51,603 nucleotides of DNA from a virus (lineage: Duplodnaviria; Caudoviricetes): IMG/VR virus record IMGVR_UViG_3300032024_000113, positions 1 through 51,603 of that record. One strand, 5' to 3'. Under the pieces are notes generated by a model that ran no database searches, was not told the DNA's origin, and saw only the letters and a program-made list of their open reading frames with translations. This document shows, piece by piece, positions 17,683 through 26,826 of the stretch. Every line of letters begins with the position of its first letter. Position 1 is the stretch's first letter. The translations under genes and the position numbers were made by a program.

Positions 17683-18521
17683 GATTGCTCCGTGTCGTAA
17701 TTCATCCACAGCACTTCGGTACGTTGTTCCTTGACGCTCTTGCTAGACGCCTTGCAGTCGATCTGACGCTCCACCCGCGACCACTGCCACAGACGCGCGA
17801 AGTCATCGTACAACTCGCTGCGATATCCGCTGAGCAGGAACTTGCCCTTGATCCCCGCCAGGGTTTCGAGCAGCTCACGGTGTTGGTCCGCCGTCATCTC
17901 GTGCGCATAATCGCCTGTAGTAACGCGCGTCTCGTGCAAATACGGCGGGTCCAGATAGAAACACGTGTTCGGCCCATCTTGCTGGCGGATCACCTTGCAG
18001 GCATCGTCATTCAGGATCACCACGCGGCGCAAGCGGTGGTAGACTTCCTCCAATCCGTCAACAGCCGTCCACCACGCCGACGCTTGCTCGTTCATGCCGC
18101 GACGTGTGCGGTTGCGTGACAGTGTCGCGAAGTCTTTGCGGAGCCCCTGGCGGCTTTGGCGGCAACGGATGAAGAATATCCACGCGGCAAGCTCCGGGTC
18201 GTCGCTGATGTCGTGCAATTGGGCGGACGCCTTCCGGTATTCCACGTCGCTAAACGGCGTGCTTTGACACAGTCGGTTGAATCGTTCAAAACAGTCGGGG
18301 CGCTGCAGCACCCGCCAGAAATTGGATAGGTCGGCGTCGATGTCGTTCACCACTTCACTCACGCCTTCGCACGGTTTGCGGAGCAACACCGCCAGCCCGC
18401 CAGCGAACGGCTCCACGTAGTGAACGTGCGGCGGCATCTGCCGAATGATCCAGTCGGCGAGGTAGTGCTTGCCTCCGTGCCACTTGAGAGGTGGCTGGAT
18501 GATGGGGTCCGTTCCGTGCAT
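17679..18521 (-). CDS. DNA adenine methyltransferase (Dam/D12 class)
   Basis: LKWHGGKHY, YVEPFAGG, EVVNDID, FYLDPPY. Confidence 0.92.
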   Translation of the reverse strand: MHGTDPIIQPPLKWHGGKHYLADWIIRQMPPHVHYVEPFAGGLAVLLRKPCEGVSEVVNDIDADLSNFWRVLQRPDCFERFNRLCQSTPFSDVEYRKASAQLHDISDDPELAAWIFFIRCRQSRQGLRKDFATLSRNRTRRGMNEQASAWWTAVDGLEEVYHRLRRVVILNDDACKVIRQQDGPNTCFYLDPPYLHETRVTTGDYAHEMTADQHRELLETLAGIKGKFLLSGYRSELYDDFARLWQWSRVERQIDCKASSKSVKEQRTEVLWMNYDTEQS

Positions 18522-18553
18522 GGGTTACTCCGTTACGTCGCTTCAGTCACGAG

Positions 18554-19408
18554 TTAGCACCTAGCATGTTCACGGGGTGTGATCACGACCTCTCGGTTCT
18601 TTGGTCGCTGTCCACTTGTGGATGCTATCGAGTACGTGAACTCAAGATCATTGAATTCCGAGTTCGGGTACAGTCCTCTGACCTCTGGGTGGTCATCGTA
18701 GCTCAACACCCATTTACTGCCAGAGTTATTGATTGCCTTGGCAAGCCGAACGTGATCGTCGTGATCCATGCTGTGCTTATAGAGTTGCGGTCCCTTTTCG
18801 TAGTACGGCGGATCGCAGTAGACAAAGCAGTTGTCGTCTGCGGACGTCATCATTCCAGAGAAGTCTTCGCACGTCACGCGGATATTGGAGTATCTCGTCA
18901 TGTACCTATTGTAGGTAACGATGTCTTCACACAGTGCTTGTGCGTTCCACCTACACGCAACGTCATAGGCACTGTTGCCCTGACACTTTCCTCCAATTGG
19001 TCCACCTGCCATCGCACCAAGTCCGCTGAAACTCATTTGGTGTAGCGCTAGCTTTGCAAATCCCGACTGCACACCAGACAGTGTCCCGTCTAATTCTTTG
19101 AACTTATAGAATTGGTCGACGCTTGGTGTGAATTTCTGCACCATGACCATGAGTTCTCTCGGCGACTTCAGGACTGCTTCCCACAATGCAGCCATTCCTG
19201 GGTCGAGGTCATTGATCCACACAGACGCACCAGGTGGGAGAACCTTCATCATGCGAAACCCTACGGCACCAGCGCCGAAGAATGGCTCTCTGTACTCCAC
19301 TTGTTGTTTAGGTCGGTGGAACAGAGGACACCTGAGCGACCACGGAAAGTACGAGACTATTTGCGGAGCAACTTTATCCTTTGATCCTGGGTATCTTATG
19401 AGTGCCAT
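18554..19408 (-). CDS. Second DNA adenine methyltransferase (Dam/D12 class)
   Basis: IRYPGSK, YREPFFGAG, WINDLD, VYCDPPYY, WVLSYDD. Confidence 0.9.
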   Translation of the reverse strand: MALIRYPGSKDKVAPQIVSYFPWSLRCPLFHRPKQQVEYREPFFGAGAVGFRMMKVLPPGASVWINDLDPGMAALWEAVLKSPRELMVMVQKFTPSVDQFYKFKELDGTLSGVQSGFAKLALHQMSFSGLGAMAGGPIGGKCQGNSAYDVACRWNAQALCEDIVTYNRYMTRYSNIRVTCEDFSGMMTSADDNCFVYCDPPYYEKGPQLYKHSMDHDDHVRLAKAINNSGSKWVLSYDDHPEVRGLYPNSEFNDLEFTYSIASTSGQRPKNREVVITPREHARC

Positions 19409-20040
19409 GCGAAGTTCTCCTGGTACTGGCGTCTACACGCGACGTACTGACACAACCGACTCAAAGGATCTAGCGCGTCGTCACTAACCGAGTAGTTCTT
19501 GTGGCAACCACGCCTCGCGTCGCTGATCGGATGTTTGAGGAGATCGTCTTTCTTCATCCACCCCATTATTGAAACGGAGGATTGAAGTCTGTCGTACCAT
19601 GAAAACACAATCGCGTTTGCCTTGAATGTCAGTGGATTCCCGTACTCATCAATGGCTCGTACTAGATTGTGATCGCCACGACTGCGGCGAGTCTTCACTT
19701 CGATGGACGTGTTGAGTATGTAGAAATCTTTTCCAGCGTCTCCGTATTGGTACAGGCTGAAATCGACTTCACACGGCAATCCTCGGCTTGTCAGGTAGCA
19801 CCTAAGAGCATATTCGCCAACGAGTCCAACGAAGATCGGAGCAACATCGTCCTCAATCGGTCCCAGTCCTGGGAGGATCAGGTCGCGAATCATTCCACGA
19901 CCCCAGTTGTCGGGGCGTCTATTGTATTTCCTTTTCTCGGCTCGCTCCCTTGACTCGAAGAGTAGGCTTAGAATGTCACCTCCTTTCAGGCTCATCATCC
20001 ACGGTGCAGGCGCACAGCGTCCTTTTCTTTCAGCATCCAT
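19396..20040 (-). CDS. Putative PD-(D/E)XK endonuclease-like protein
   Basis: GLVGEYAL...GDAGKDF...IEVKT matches the E...D...ExK nuclease pattern. Confidence 0.55.
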   Translation of the reverse strand: MDAERKGRCAPAPWMMSLKGGDILSLLFESRERAEKRKYNRRPDNWGRGMIRDLILPGLGPIEDDVAPIFVGLVGEYALRCYLTSRGLPCEVDFSLYQYGDAGKDFYILNTSIEVKTRRSRGDHNLVRAIDEYGNPLTFKANAIVFSWYDRLQSSVSIMGWMKKDDLLKHPISDARRGCHKNYSVSDDALDPLSRLCQYVACRRQYQENFAWHS

Positions 20041-20042
20041 AC

Positions 20043-20695
20043 CTACAACCTTGCATTCCTAATGATCATGTGACCTATCGACACGAGCTTCTCTCCAAGT
20101 ATGTCCCGGTGTTCATTAGGCCACTCCTTCGCCAGTTTTTCGCAGACATCAACAACGCGCAACACTGCTGCCATGCAGTCCCACTCGTCATCTTCATCAT
20201 CTTCCCCGGAGACAGGTGCAGCTTTTTTAGCGAGAACCGCTGAACCCCAGCCTTGGTTATTTCAGAGCCCTCGCTCTTGCACTGTGCGACATAACCCTTG
20301 ATCGTCTGGTCCTCGATCTCCACCAGCTTGTAGCAGCGGGAGGCGTAGTCCCGGTTGGGGACGATGTCAGTAAGTGTCAGACGATCTGACGCTTTTGTTC
20401 GCCGCCCCTTCCCAGTCTCAATCAGCCCCGCCTTCTGTCCGGCAATGATCAGTTCGCCGAGTCGCTTGCCGGTGAATATCGCCAGTTCACCGTAGTAATC
20501 GCGGCGCTCCACGTTCTTCCTGTCCATCTTCTTGGCGGCGTCGAGCGCCATCGCGACACTAGCGAGGCGAACAGGGTCCGTCTCGTTGTTGATGGCTGCG
20601 ATCGCCTTGGATACCGGCACGATTGTGCCGCTGTTTATCTTGGCAATAATTCCCCGCGACTCTGCTGCGATCATCAGTTCATTCCCCTCAGTCAC
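20043..20695 (-). CDS. Hypothetical protein with its C-terminus in the -1 frame after A_AAA_AAG
   Basis: The 0-frame ORF is 20075..20695. The -1 frame after 20223-20229 reads AAPVSGEDDEDDEWDC...NARL* and ends 2 nt before the next ATG. Confidence 0.6.
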
Positions 20696-20704
20696 CGTTG
20701 CCGC

Positions 20705-20734
20705 ACATTAGCCGATATACTAATCCGCCGTCAA
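20705..20734 (-). promoter_or_regulatory. Sigma70-type promoter with the same operator
   Basis: TTGACG-18 nt-TAATGT; operator TTAGCCGATATACTAA at 20708-20723. Confidence 0.6.
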
Positions 20735-20741
20735 CCCCTCT

Positions 20742-20951
20742 TCACCACGAGAACGGAAAGTCATCACTGACGCCGAACACGCAGTCGCACTCCGCGTCCG
20801 CACAGGCTTTCGAACAGAACTCGGGCACGGCCCAACGAATCCAGCACCAGGTGGGCCAGCCCCAGAACGTCTCGCCGCAATACGCACAGCGGCGGCAGGG
20901 GAGGAGGTTGCGTAACCGAAACGGAATCAATGTGTGCCAAATGGTTTTCAT
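20742..20951 (-). CDS. Small zinc-finger protein
   Basis: CAYCG...FCSKAC. Confidence 0.55.
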   Translation of the reverse strand: MKTIWHTLIPFRLRNLLPCRRCAYCGETFWGWPTWCWIRWAVPEFCSKACADAECDCVFGVSDDFPFSW

Positions 20952-20953
20952 GA

Positions 20954-21109
20954 TCAGTGCGCCTTAGGCTCTCGGTTGTCTGGTTCGAACCAGTCGTCGT
21001 CCTCGTAGGGTTGAATGAACGCAGCCGCCAACAGCAGGTGAAAGCACACGGTGGCGAGTAGGCCCGTGATGATGACGCCACAACCCAGCCCGCAAAGGAA
21101 GTTAAGCAT
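20954..21109 (-). CDS. Small membrane protein (51 aa, not in the ORF track)
   Basis: MLNFLCGLGCGVIITGLLATVCFHLLLAAAF...; SD GAGGTG. Confidence 0.55.
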   Translation of the reverse strand: MLNFLCGLGCGVIITGLLATVCFHLLLAAAFIQPYEDDDWFEPDNREPKAH

Positions 21110-22448
21110 CGGGCACCTCGTTTTCATTCCTCACGTGCTCGCTCGGCTCGTCCTCAGACGCGGGCTTGGGATAGATGCGTGTGCGTATCACTGCCAGCTT
21201 GTCAAACAGAGCATCCACCACTTGCTCGGCCGTGTATCCCGCACGCCACGCTCCGTCGAGCGCGAGAATCACGACGTCGATCCATTCAGACACGTCGTGC
21301 GGATTGGCGTGGATCTCGGCGAGTTCTTTGAGGATGTGCGCCGTGATTCCTGTCGTGCGCATTCCGTCTCCGAACGTGCTGGTCGACCATGGGATGTGCC
21401 GGTCGCGGAGTTCGGCTACCAGGTCGCGAGCCGTGGCCGTCGCGAGGTTCTGTCTTGCCTCGTCGCGCTCGTCGCGTGCCTGAGCGAGTTCGCTGACGTA
21501 CTCCTCGTTGATCGCGGCAATGCGTTCGTTCATCGCCTCAACGCGAGAGTAGTTCAGCTTGGCTTGATCTCGTTCGGCCTCGGCCGCCGCGAGCTGCTTG
21601 TGCCCGCACACATGGCACAACCCGTCGCCAAGACTGCGAGCTGAGAACAGTAGGCCATTTCCGCAATCGCGGCATTTGTCGGGTGTGTCGCGGAGTGGTG
21701 TTTCGTATTCGGCTATGCGAGCCTCGGCCGCCGCGAGCCGCTGTATCGTTTCCGTGTGTTTGCAAATCTCGTCGAGTAATGAGTTGCTGTTGCTTGTGTA
21801 GGCAAATTGGAGTCGAACATAGCGAGCCTCGACTGCCGCGAGCTGGCTATCGGCACTCTTGAGTGTCGCAACCGCGTCCTCGTGAGTCATCGACTCCGAC
21901 CCTTCGTCAGTGATTTGTCGCAACTCCTCGTAGTGGCGGGCCGTTTCGGAATACATTCGGTCGAGTTGGGCAATTCGAGCTTCATCCTCCGCGTTCTTCT
22001 TACGCAGCTCTCGGCACTCGGCGTCCGCAGCTTCGTTCTGCTGCTTGTAGTGCAGCGCATTGTTGAGCTGCACCCGGTGGCAGTGCTGGGACTCGGCCAG
22101 CTGCTCGCGGAGTGTGACGAGTTCGAGACCTGCGGGATGCTTAGGGCAAGACCTCCAGTGGTCGAGATCAGGACCGTCGTCGCCGCAGTACAGACAGACG
22201 ATCTCCTCGCACTCGTCGTCGTGATCGCCCTCGCCATTCGCCGCGAACTGACGTTCCTGCGCTTCACAGAACGCTTTGGCGTCCAAGAGAGTCGGGAACG
22301 GCGGCTCATTTACAGCCAGCTCCAGCGGGGAGTTCTCCAGCGAGAACAATCCACCGCTCGTCACGCTGATCACGTACTCGAAGTGACTTCCCTGGTCGTG
22401 CATACACGACTTCGCGAACCACTCACACCCGTCATACTTCCAGTCCAT
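21102..22448 (-). CDS. Coiled-coil protein with a C-terminal DUF550-like dATP/dGTP pyrophosphohydrolase domain
   Basis: WSTSTFG...HILKELAEI...SEWIDVVILALDGAWRAG...EHVR. Confidence 0.8.
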   Translation of the reverse strand: MDWKYDGCEWFAKSCMHDQGSHFEYVISVTSGGLFSLENSPLELAVNEPPFPTLLDAKAFCEAQERQFAANGEGDHDDECEEIVCLYCGDDGPDLDHWRSCPKHPAGLELVTLREQLAESQHCHRVQLNNALHYKQQNEAADAECRELRKKNAEDEARIAQLDRMYSETARHYEELRQITDEGSESMTHEDAVATLKSADSQLAAVEARYVRLQFAYTSNSNSLLDEICKHTETIQRLAAAEARIAEYETPLRDTPDKCRDCGNGLLFSARSLGDGLCHVCGHKQLAAAEAERDQAKLNYSRVEAMNERIAAINEEYVSELAQARDERDEARQNLATATARDLVAELRDRHIPWSTSTFGDGMRTTGITAHILKELAEIHANPHDVSEWIDVVILALDGAWRAGYTAEQVVDALFDKLAVIRTRIYPKPASEDEPSEHVRNENEVPDA

Positions 22449-23044
22449 CACGCCGCTCCCAGTTTTCGAATCAGGTTCACCAGTTCGTCCGCCTCCACGC
22501 ATGCGCCGTCCTCGCGGAAGACGTACCATTTCTCGTCCTGCTGCCTCAGCTTGTGCTTTTTAACGAGCAGTCGTTCCAGTTCGACGATGCCTTGCTCCAA
22601 CTCCAACTCGCGATCACGCTGCGCGACCGCCAGGTAGTTGGTCGGCGTGGCTTGCTCCTGCTGCGTGGCTTCCCGGCACAGGAACCTCGCCAGGTTCAAA
22701 GCGTTTTGCTTCGCGAACGGCTCATGCTGTGGCCGGCACTCGACCGCGCGGTCGTCGATGTACGCAGCGGCCAGTGGCTTGCCCAGACCCGCGTAGATGT
22801 GGTGGTACGTGAACCCGTGCTGGTCGAGCCACGCCTGCACACGCCGCACCAGGAAGTGCGGAGCTTCACCCCGGCAGCATTCGGGATTGCAGCGGCAGGT
22901 ATGAATCACCACGTCCGCGAACTCAGCCAGGTCGTGCGTGAACTGCACGGCGCCCGGCAGCGGTTCGCCAAAGTGATCCACACCCTGCCAGGTTTCGTGG
23001 TAGGCCAAAACGCCATCGAGATCTACACACACGGTCTTACGCAC
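22448..23044 (-). CDS. HAD-superfamily phosphatase (paralog of 5780..6151)
   Basis: VCVDLDGVLA, GEPLPGA, VIHTCR, GKPLAAAYIDDRA. Confidence 0.8.
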   Translation of the reverse strand: MRKTVCVDLDGVLAYHETWQGVDHFGEPLPGAVQFTHDLAEFADVVIHTCRCNPECCRGEAPHFLVRRVQAWLDQHGFTYHHIYAGLGKPLAAAYIDDRAVECRPQHEPFAKQNALNLARFLCREATQQEQATPTNYLAVAQRDRELELEQGIVELERLLVKKHKLRQQDEKWYVFREDGACVEADELVNLIRKLGAA

Positions 23045-23687
23045 GGGCCACCTCCTGCGGTTGGTAATACTCGACCACTTCGTTCGCGTCGTGCTCTTCC
23101 TCGGGCGGCACAGACTGGAGCAACGCACTGCCGTAGTCCTCCGCGATGGGCGTCAGTTGCTCGGGAGTCAAGCCGTAGCTGTGGATCACTTGTAGCGATC
23201 TAGCCCGCTCCGCTTCGGTCGGATTGTCGTGCAGCGTGACGACGGCGAGGTTCACCTCGTCTTCCCACTTGGCGTCGAAGTTGAGCAATCGGCACACGCG
23301 GATGGCGGCTCGCGAATGCACGAACAGGTCCCGGCTGTTGACCATCGCCTCCCGCGCCACACCGCTGAACTTCTGCTCCTCGGCCTCGTCCTTGTGCTTC
23401 TGGCGACCTTTGGCCTTGGCGATGTCGTCGGCGATCCGGGCGGCGTACGCGCGGATGCGGTGGGCGAACAAGCCGTAGTCGGAGGGCTCAAGATGATCGA
23501 GCTTGCCGTCCAGTATCCGGTCGGTCACCGTGCCCAGCACGACCAGCGAGTACGGTGCCAGCGTCCGATACCAGCCGCGTTCCACGGTGGCTTTGGAGTC
23601 AGGCAGCTTGGACGCGTAACTCGCCAGGTCAGGAAAGTACGTGCCAAAGTCGGCGAGCCATAATTTGAACTCAGCTTGCGTCGCCAT
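23037..23687 (-). CDS. Hypothetical replication-associated protein
   Basis: Directly downstream of the initiator; helical N-terminus. Confidence 0.55.
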   Translation of the reverse strand: MATQAEFKLWLADFGTYFPDLASYASKLPDSKATVERGWYRTLAPYSLVVLGTVTDRILDGKLDHLEPSDYGLFAHRIRAYAARIADDIAKAKGRQKHKDEAEEQKFSGVAREAMVNSRDLFVHSRAAIRVCRLLNFDAKWEDEVNLAVVTLHDNPTEAERARSLQVIHSYGLTPEQLTPIAEDYGSALLQSVPPEEEHDANEVVEYYQPQEVARA

Positions 23688-24555
23688 CGAGCATCCCCTC
23701 CAGAAGTGCGCCCATGCTGGGCTTCTTGTCCCGCACACGAGCCTTGGGTGTTTGTTTGTCGTCGTACTGACCTTCGATCACCTTGACCGCGTTGGTCACG
23801 TCTTCGATCATCCAGTCGAACGAGGGCTGCCAACCGTTGATGTCCCGCGTGATCGGGAGCTTAGCCAAGGCTTGGTAGAACAAGCCTTCGAACTGGGGCG
23901 ACTCGTCGCACGCCTTGCGGATGAGCCAGAGCCGCTTGGCCGAGAGCATGTGGCACTTGTCGAGTTGCGGGTGGACGCCGCACGCACCGTTCCAGGCATC
24001 GACCATCTTGCGGCCGACTTCCTGATCCTCCTTAGTGACGTACGGCTTCCCGGATTCCTTCGCTCCACCTTGGGGGGTAGGGGGGCGCGCGCCATTACCT
24101 TCTACTTCTGAATCTTCTTTTACTTCTTCTTCTACTTCTCCTTCTTCTCTTCTTCTAGTCACGCTGTTGTCACGCTTGGAGCGTGACATACCTGTGACAT
24201 TTGTCTCGTTGCTGTCACGTTGCGACCGCTTACGATCTGCCGCAAGTGCTCTAGCCTTAGAGCCTTGCGACAAATGACGGTCATACTTCGGAATTTCGAG
24301 ACCGCTCTTCTTCACGATCAACCAACCAACATCGACCATCGCTTGTCCGAATCCCGGCATACCAACGTACCGATCTAGGAACGAAAGTGTCACGCTCGGA
24401 GCGTGACATGTTACGAGCTGCTGATCACACCATCTCCACAGTCGAATCAGCTTCCCGACGACCTCGTCCTCGTTGATTCCCAGTATGGCCGCGATGCCAA
24501 TGACTTCGGGTTTTTCCGGTAGCGCCAACTCAACCTTCAACCACTCGCGTGCCAT
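23671..24555 (-). CDS. Phage replication initiator / replisome organizer
   Basis: WLKVE...KPEVIGIAAILG...VVGKLIRLWRWCD N-domain; low-complexity linker with internal repeats; C-terminal WQPSFDWMI...KVIEGQYD. Confidence 0.75.
   Translation of the reverse strand: MAREWLKVELALPEKPEVIGIAAILGINEDEVVGKLIRLWRWCDQQLVTCHAPSVTLSFLDRYVGMPGFGQAMVDVGWLIVKKSGLEIPKYDRHLSQGSKARALAADRKRSQRDSNETNVTGMSRSKRDNSVTRRREEGEVEEEVKEDSEVEGNGARPPTPQGGAKESGKPYVTKEDQEVGRKMVDAWNGACGVHPQLDKCHMLSAKRLWLIRKACDESPQFEGLFYQALAKLPITRDINGWQPSFDWMIEDVTNAVKVIEGQYDDKQTPKARVRDKKPSMGALLEGMLDGDAS
24158..24408. repeat. Iteron-like GTCAC/GTGAC repeats, a putative replication origin inside the initiator gene
   Basis: Near-identical 21-bp palindromes TGTCACGCT-YGG-AGCGTGACA at 24168-24188 and 24388-24408, further GTCAC half-sites, and an adjacent pyrimidine tract at about 24100-24156. 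Confidence 0.65.
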
Positions 24556-24560
24556 CGCAC

Positions 24561-25082
24561 TTACTCCTTTCGTACGCCGATCGGAGATGTGGACCAGTCT
24601 GGGTCGTACAGCGTGGAGTCTGCCTTCCTGTGGCACTTGGAGCAGACTGTGATGAGATTATCCAAGTGATCTGTACCGCCAGCAGCCCGTTTCAAGATGT
24701 GGTGAACATGCAATTGGCTGGTTGCGGTTAGGCCGCAGATCTGACACTGGGAGTTATCTCGCTGCAAGACGGCTTGCCGGATCTTTGACCAAAGAAGAAT
24801 CTTGTCATACTCCTCCCATGCGCGCTCGGCTGTTTCCCTGTCCCTGCGGAGTTGTGTCTCCTCGTTTTGGAGCTTGTACACACGCTTGTATGTCGGAGAG
24901 TAAGAACTGTAGTTGCCGTCAAACGACAGCCACAGGCCGCATACTTCATCGAAGACCCACGGCAACATCTCGTCATCGACATCCACAGCGCTAGGCGTTT
25001 CTGTGGCAAGGGTTCTCGCGGTGACTGCTCGTTGTGCCATAGAGGGAGGGAGTTTCTTCAGCGTTGCGCGCTCCTTCATCAA
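24561..25082 (-). CDS. Free-standing HNH endonuclease
   Basis: VLQRDNSQCQICG...LHVHHI...GGTDHLDNLITVCSKCH. Confidence 0.88.
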   Translation of the reverse strand: MMKERATLKKLPPSMAQRAVTARTLATETPSAVDVDDEMLPWVFDEVCGLWLSFDGNYSSYSPTYKRVYKLQNEETQLRRDRETAERAWEEYDKILLWSKIRQAVLQRDNSQCQICGLTATSQLHVHHILKRAAGGTDHLDNLITVCSKCHRKADSTLYDPDWSTSPIGVRKE

Positions 25083-25448
25083 TCAGTGCTCCTTAGCTGT
25101 GACTATTCCGTTGCTTGACCACACCACGAACTCGAAGGCACTTTCCTGCCGTTCGCGCTCGCGTGCTTCCTCTTCTCGATGCAGTTCCTGCTCTTCCTCG
25201 TCGGTCCAGACACGACCGCGGGGGTGACTACGATAATCCCGTTCCACCTCCCGTATCCAGACGTGGCCGTCGATGCGCAGGTCGTCCAGGTGATCTTGAC
25301 CGAGACGATCAGGTGGTTCCGTCTGCTCTAAGTACGCCAGGTAGCCCGCCACGCCTGCCTTCGTGAGCCGGACATGCCCCCGGTTTCTGCGGCGCACCGG
25401 CTCGGTGTTGCGCCAGGCTTGCCCCACTTTGAGCGGTTGCTGCAACAT
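25083..25448 (-). CDS. Hypothetical protein
   Basis: TGATG coupling at 25448; SD GGAGGTG. Confidence 0.55.
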   Translation of the reverse strand: MLQQPLKVGQAWRNTEPVRRRNRGHVRLTKAGVAGYLAYLEQTEPPDRLGQDHLDDLRIDGHVWIREVERDYRSHPRGRVWTDEEEQELHREEEARERERQESAFEFVVWSSNGIVTAKEH

Positions 25449-25903
25449 CAGAGCACCTCCCGCAAACTGCCCCGGCGTCCCAGAGCCAGCCAGGCTTGGC
25501 GGAAGTGCAGATACTGCCGTGGTCCGAGATGAGTGCGGCCGAGCACACACCGCAGTTCGTCACGCGGTGGGATGGCGACCGCATCGTAGTGGCAGGCGCA
25601 GTGCCGCACTTGCCGGACCAGGCGGCGGGGGATGTGGATCAGTCGTGACAGGTACTGTGCTTCGCCCTGGACCGCGTTGGCAATCGCCACACTGGCATAC
25701 TTGGCAAAGGAGCCCCGGCCCGCTCGCCACGTCAGGGACGCCCGGCAGAGAGCCTCACAGGCGGCTCCCAGCAAGTCCTCGGTGGTGAGACTGCGGGTGC
25801 TCCAACGCCGGGAGTACAGGTAGGCCAGCCCGAGATTCTCTTCCACAAGCTGTTGCTGGCACGAGGTGAGAGACCTCTCCCCAACAAGAGCCTCCATGAT
25901 CAT
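25448..25903 (-). CDS. Sigma-70 region 2-like protein
   Basis: QQLVEENLGLAY...EDLLGAACEALCRASLTW...GSFAKYASVAIANAV; no region 4. Confidence 0.7.
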   Translation of the reverse strand: MIMEALVGERSLTSCQQQLVEENLGLAYLYSRRWSTRSLTTEDLLGAACEALCRASLTWRAGRGSFAKYASVAIANAVQGEAQYLSRLIHIPRRLVRQVRHCACHYDAVAIPPRDELRCVLGRTHLGPRQYLHFRQAWLALGRRGSLREVL

Positions 25904-25917
25904 GGGCCGCCTCCTTG

Positions 25918-25968
25918 TTTACGGATCGACTAACGGACGAAGTTAGCCGATCCGCGAATTCCCTACAA
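25918..25968 (-). promoter_or_regulatory. Promoter with two operator copies in a divergent intergenic region
   Basis: TTGTAG-17 nt-TAACTT; operators TTAGCCGATCCGCGAA (25943-25958) and TTTACGGATCGACTAA (25918-25933). Confidence 0.55.
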
Positions 25969-26132
25969 GGGGGTCAGCAAAATTCCTAGCCCCACGGCGA
26001 GCAGGCCCTGCCAGGGGGACGCGGCTTTTTATGTCGTGCGCCTATAGACGAACTCGGCAGCGGCGCAGATATTTGGCGACTCACAGCGGACGTATGCTGG
26101 CGTCAGAGTTTCACCTTCAATGGAGTACTGCG

Positions 26133-26732
26133 ATGAAGAATTGGACTGAGTTGCCGACGAGGACGAGGAAGTGGGTGCTGGGGCTGGCCACGATCGCGAT
26201 GGCCTTGGCGACCGGCACGGCAGTGTATGCCGACTACCAGTCATGCTACACGGCAAGGGGCATTGCGCTCTCGCATCAGAATGAATACGGAAATTACCGG
26301 AGTTCAGCCAGTGGAGCTAAATCAGCCGCTGTGTCGCTTCGCGGACAAGCGGCATCTATGCGAGCTGCCTGCGAAGGCAAGCCAGGATGGACCGAAGCGC
26401 AGATGGAGACTGGCGACACTAGCATGGGAGCTGGTGATCTAGGGATAGAATTCGGCGACACATGGTGGGGCGACGCTGAACTGCACAAGGACGACTCGGG
26501 TAACTACAACGGCGGAGACTATCACGTTAGCCGGGGGAATTACTGGTTTAACCTGTCAAGTTGGAATTTTGCAGAAGCCAGTTACAACCAATCTGTCAAT
26601 GACTACCATGACGCGAACGACGACTACGTCCTGAGGTCTGACACGAACAACGCGAAGAGCAATTACGACGCTGCGAGTTCGTGCTTCCAGAGTGCGCTCG
26701 GGTTCTATACACAGTGGTACAATTCGCACTGA
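26133..26732 (+). CDS. Secreted protein (moron-like, opposite strand)
   Basis: SD GGAG; signal peptide ending ...ATGTAVYA/D; Tyr/Asn/Asp/Ser-rich mature region. Confidence 0.7.
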   Translation: MKNWTELPTRTRKWVLGLATIAMALATGTAVYADYQSCYTARGIALSHQNEYGNYRSSASGAKSAAVSLRGQAASMRAACEGKPGWTEAQMETGDTSMGAGDLGIEFGDTWWGDAELHKDDSGNYNGGDYHVSRGNYWFNLSSWNFAEASYNQSVNDYHDANDDYVLRSDTNNAKSNYDAASSCFQSALGFYTQWYNSH

Positions 26733-26826
26733 CACGCACCGACCGGACAGTTTTCAAGAACATAGACAGCCGACGTGTCAATAGCGACTCGCCGGCTGTT
26801 CTCGTATTTGCTTGCCGGCATCGCGA

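Noticed and set aside
24100-24156. CTT-rich tract as a microsatellite
   Set aside because: It encodes the Glu/Arg-rich linker of the initiator and is treated as part of the putative origin.
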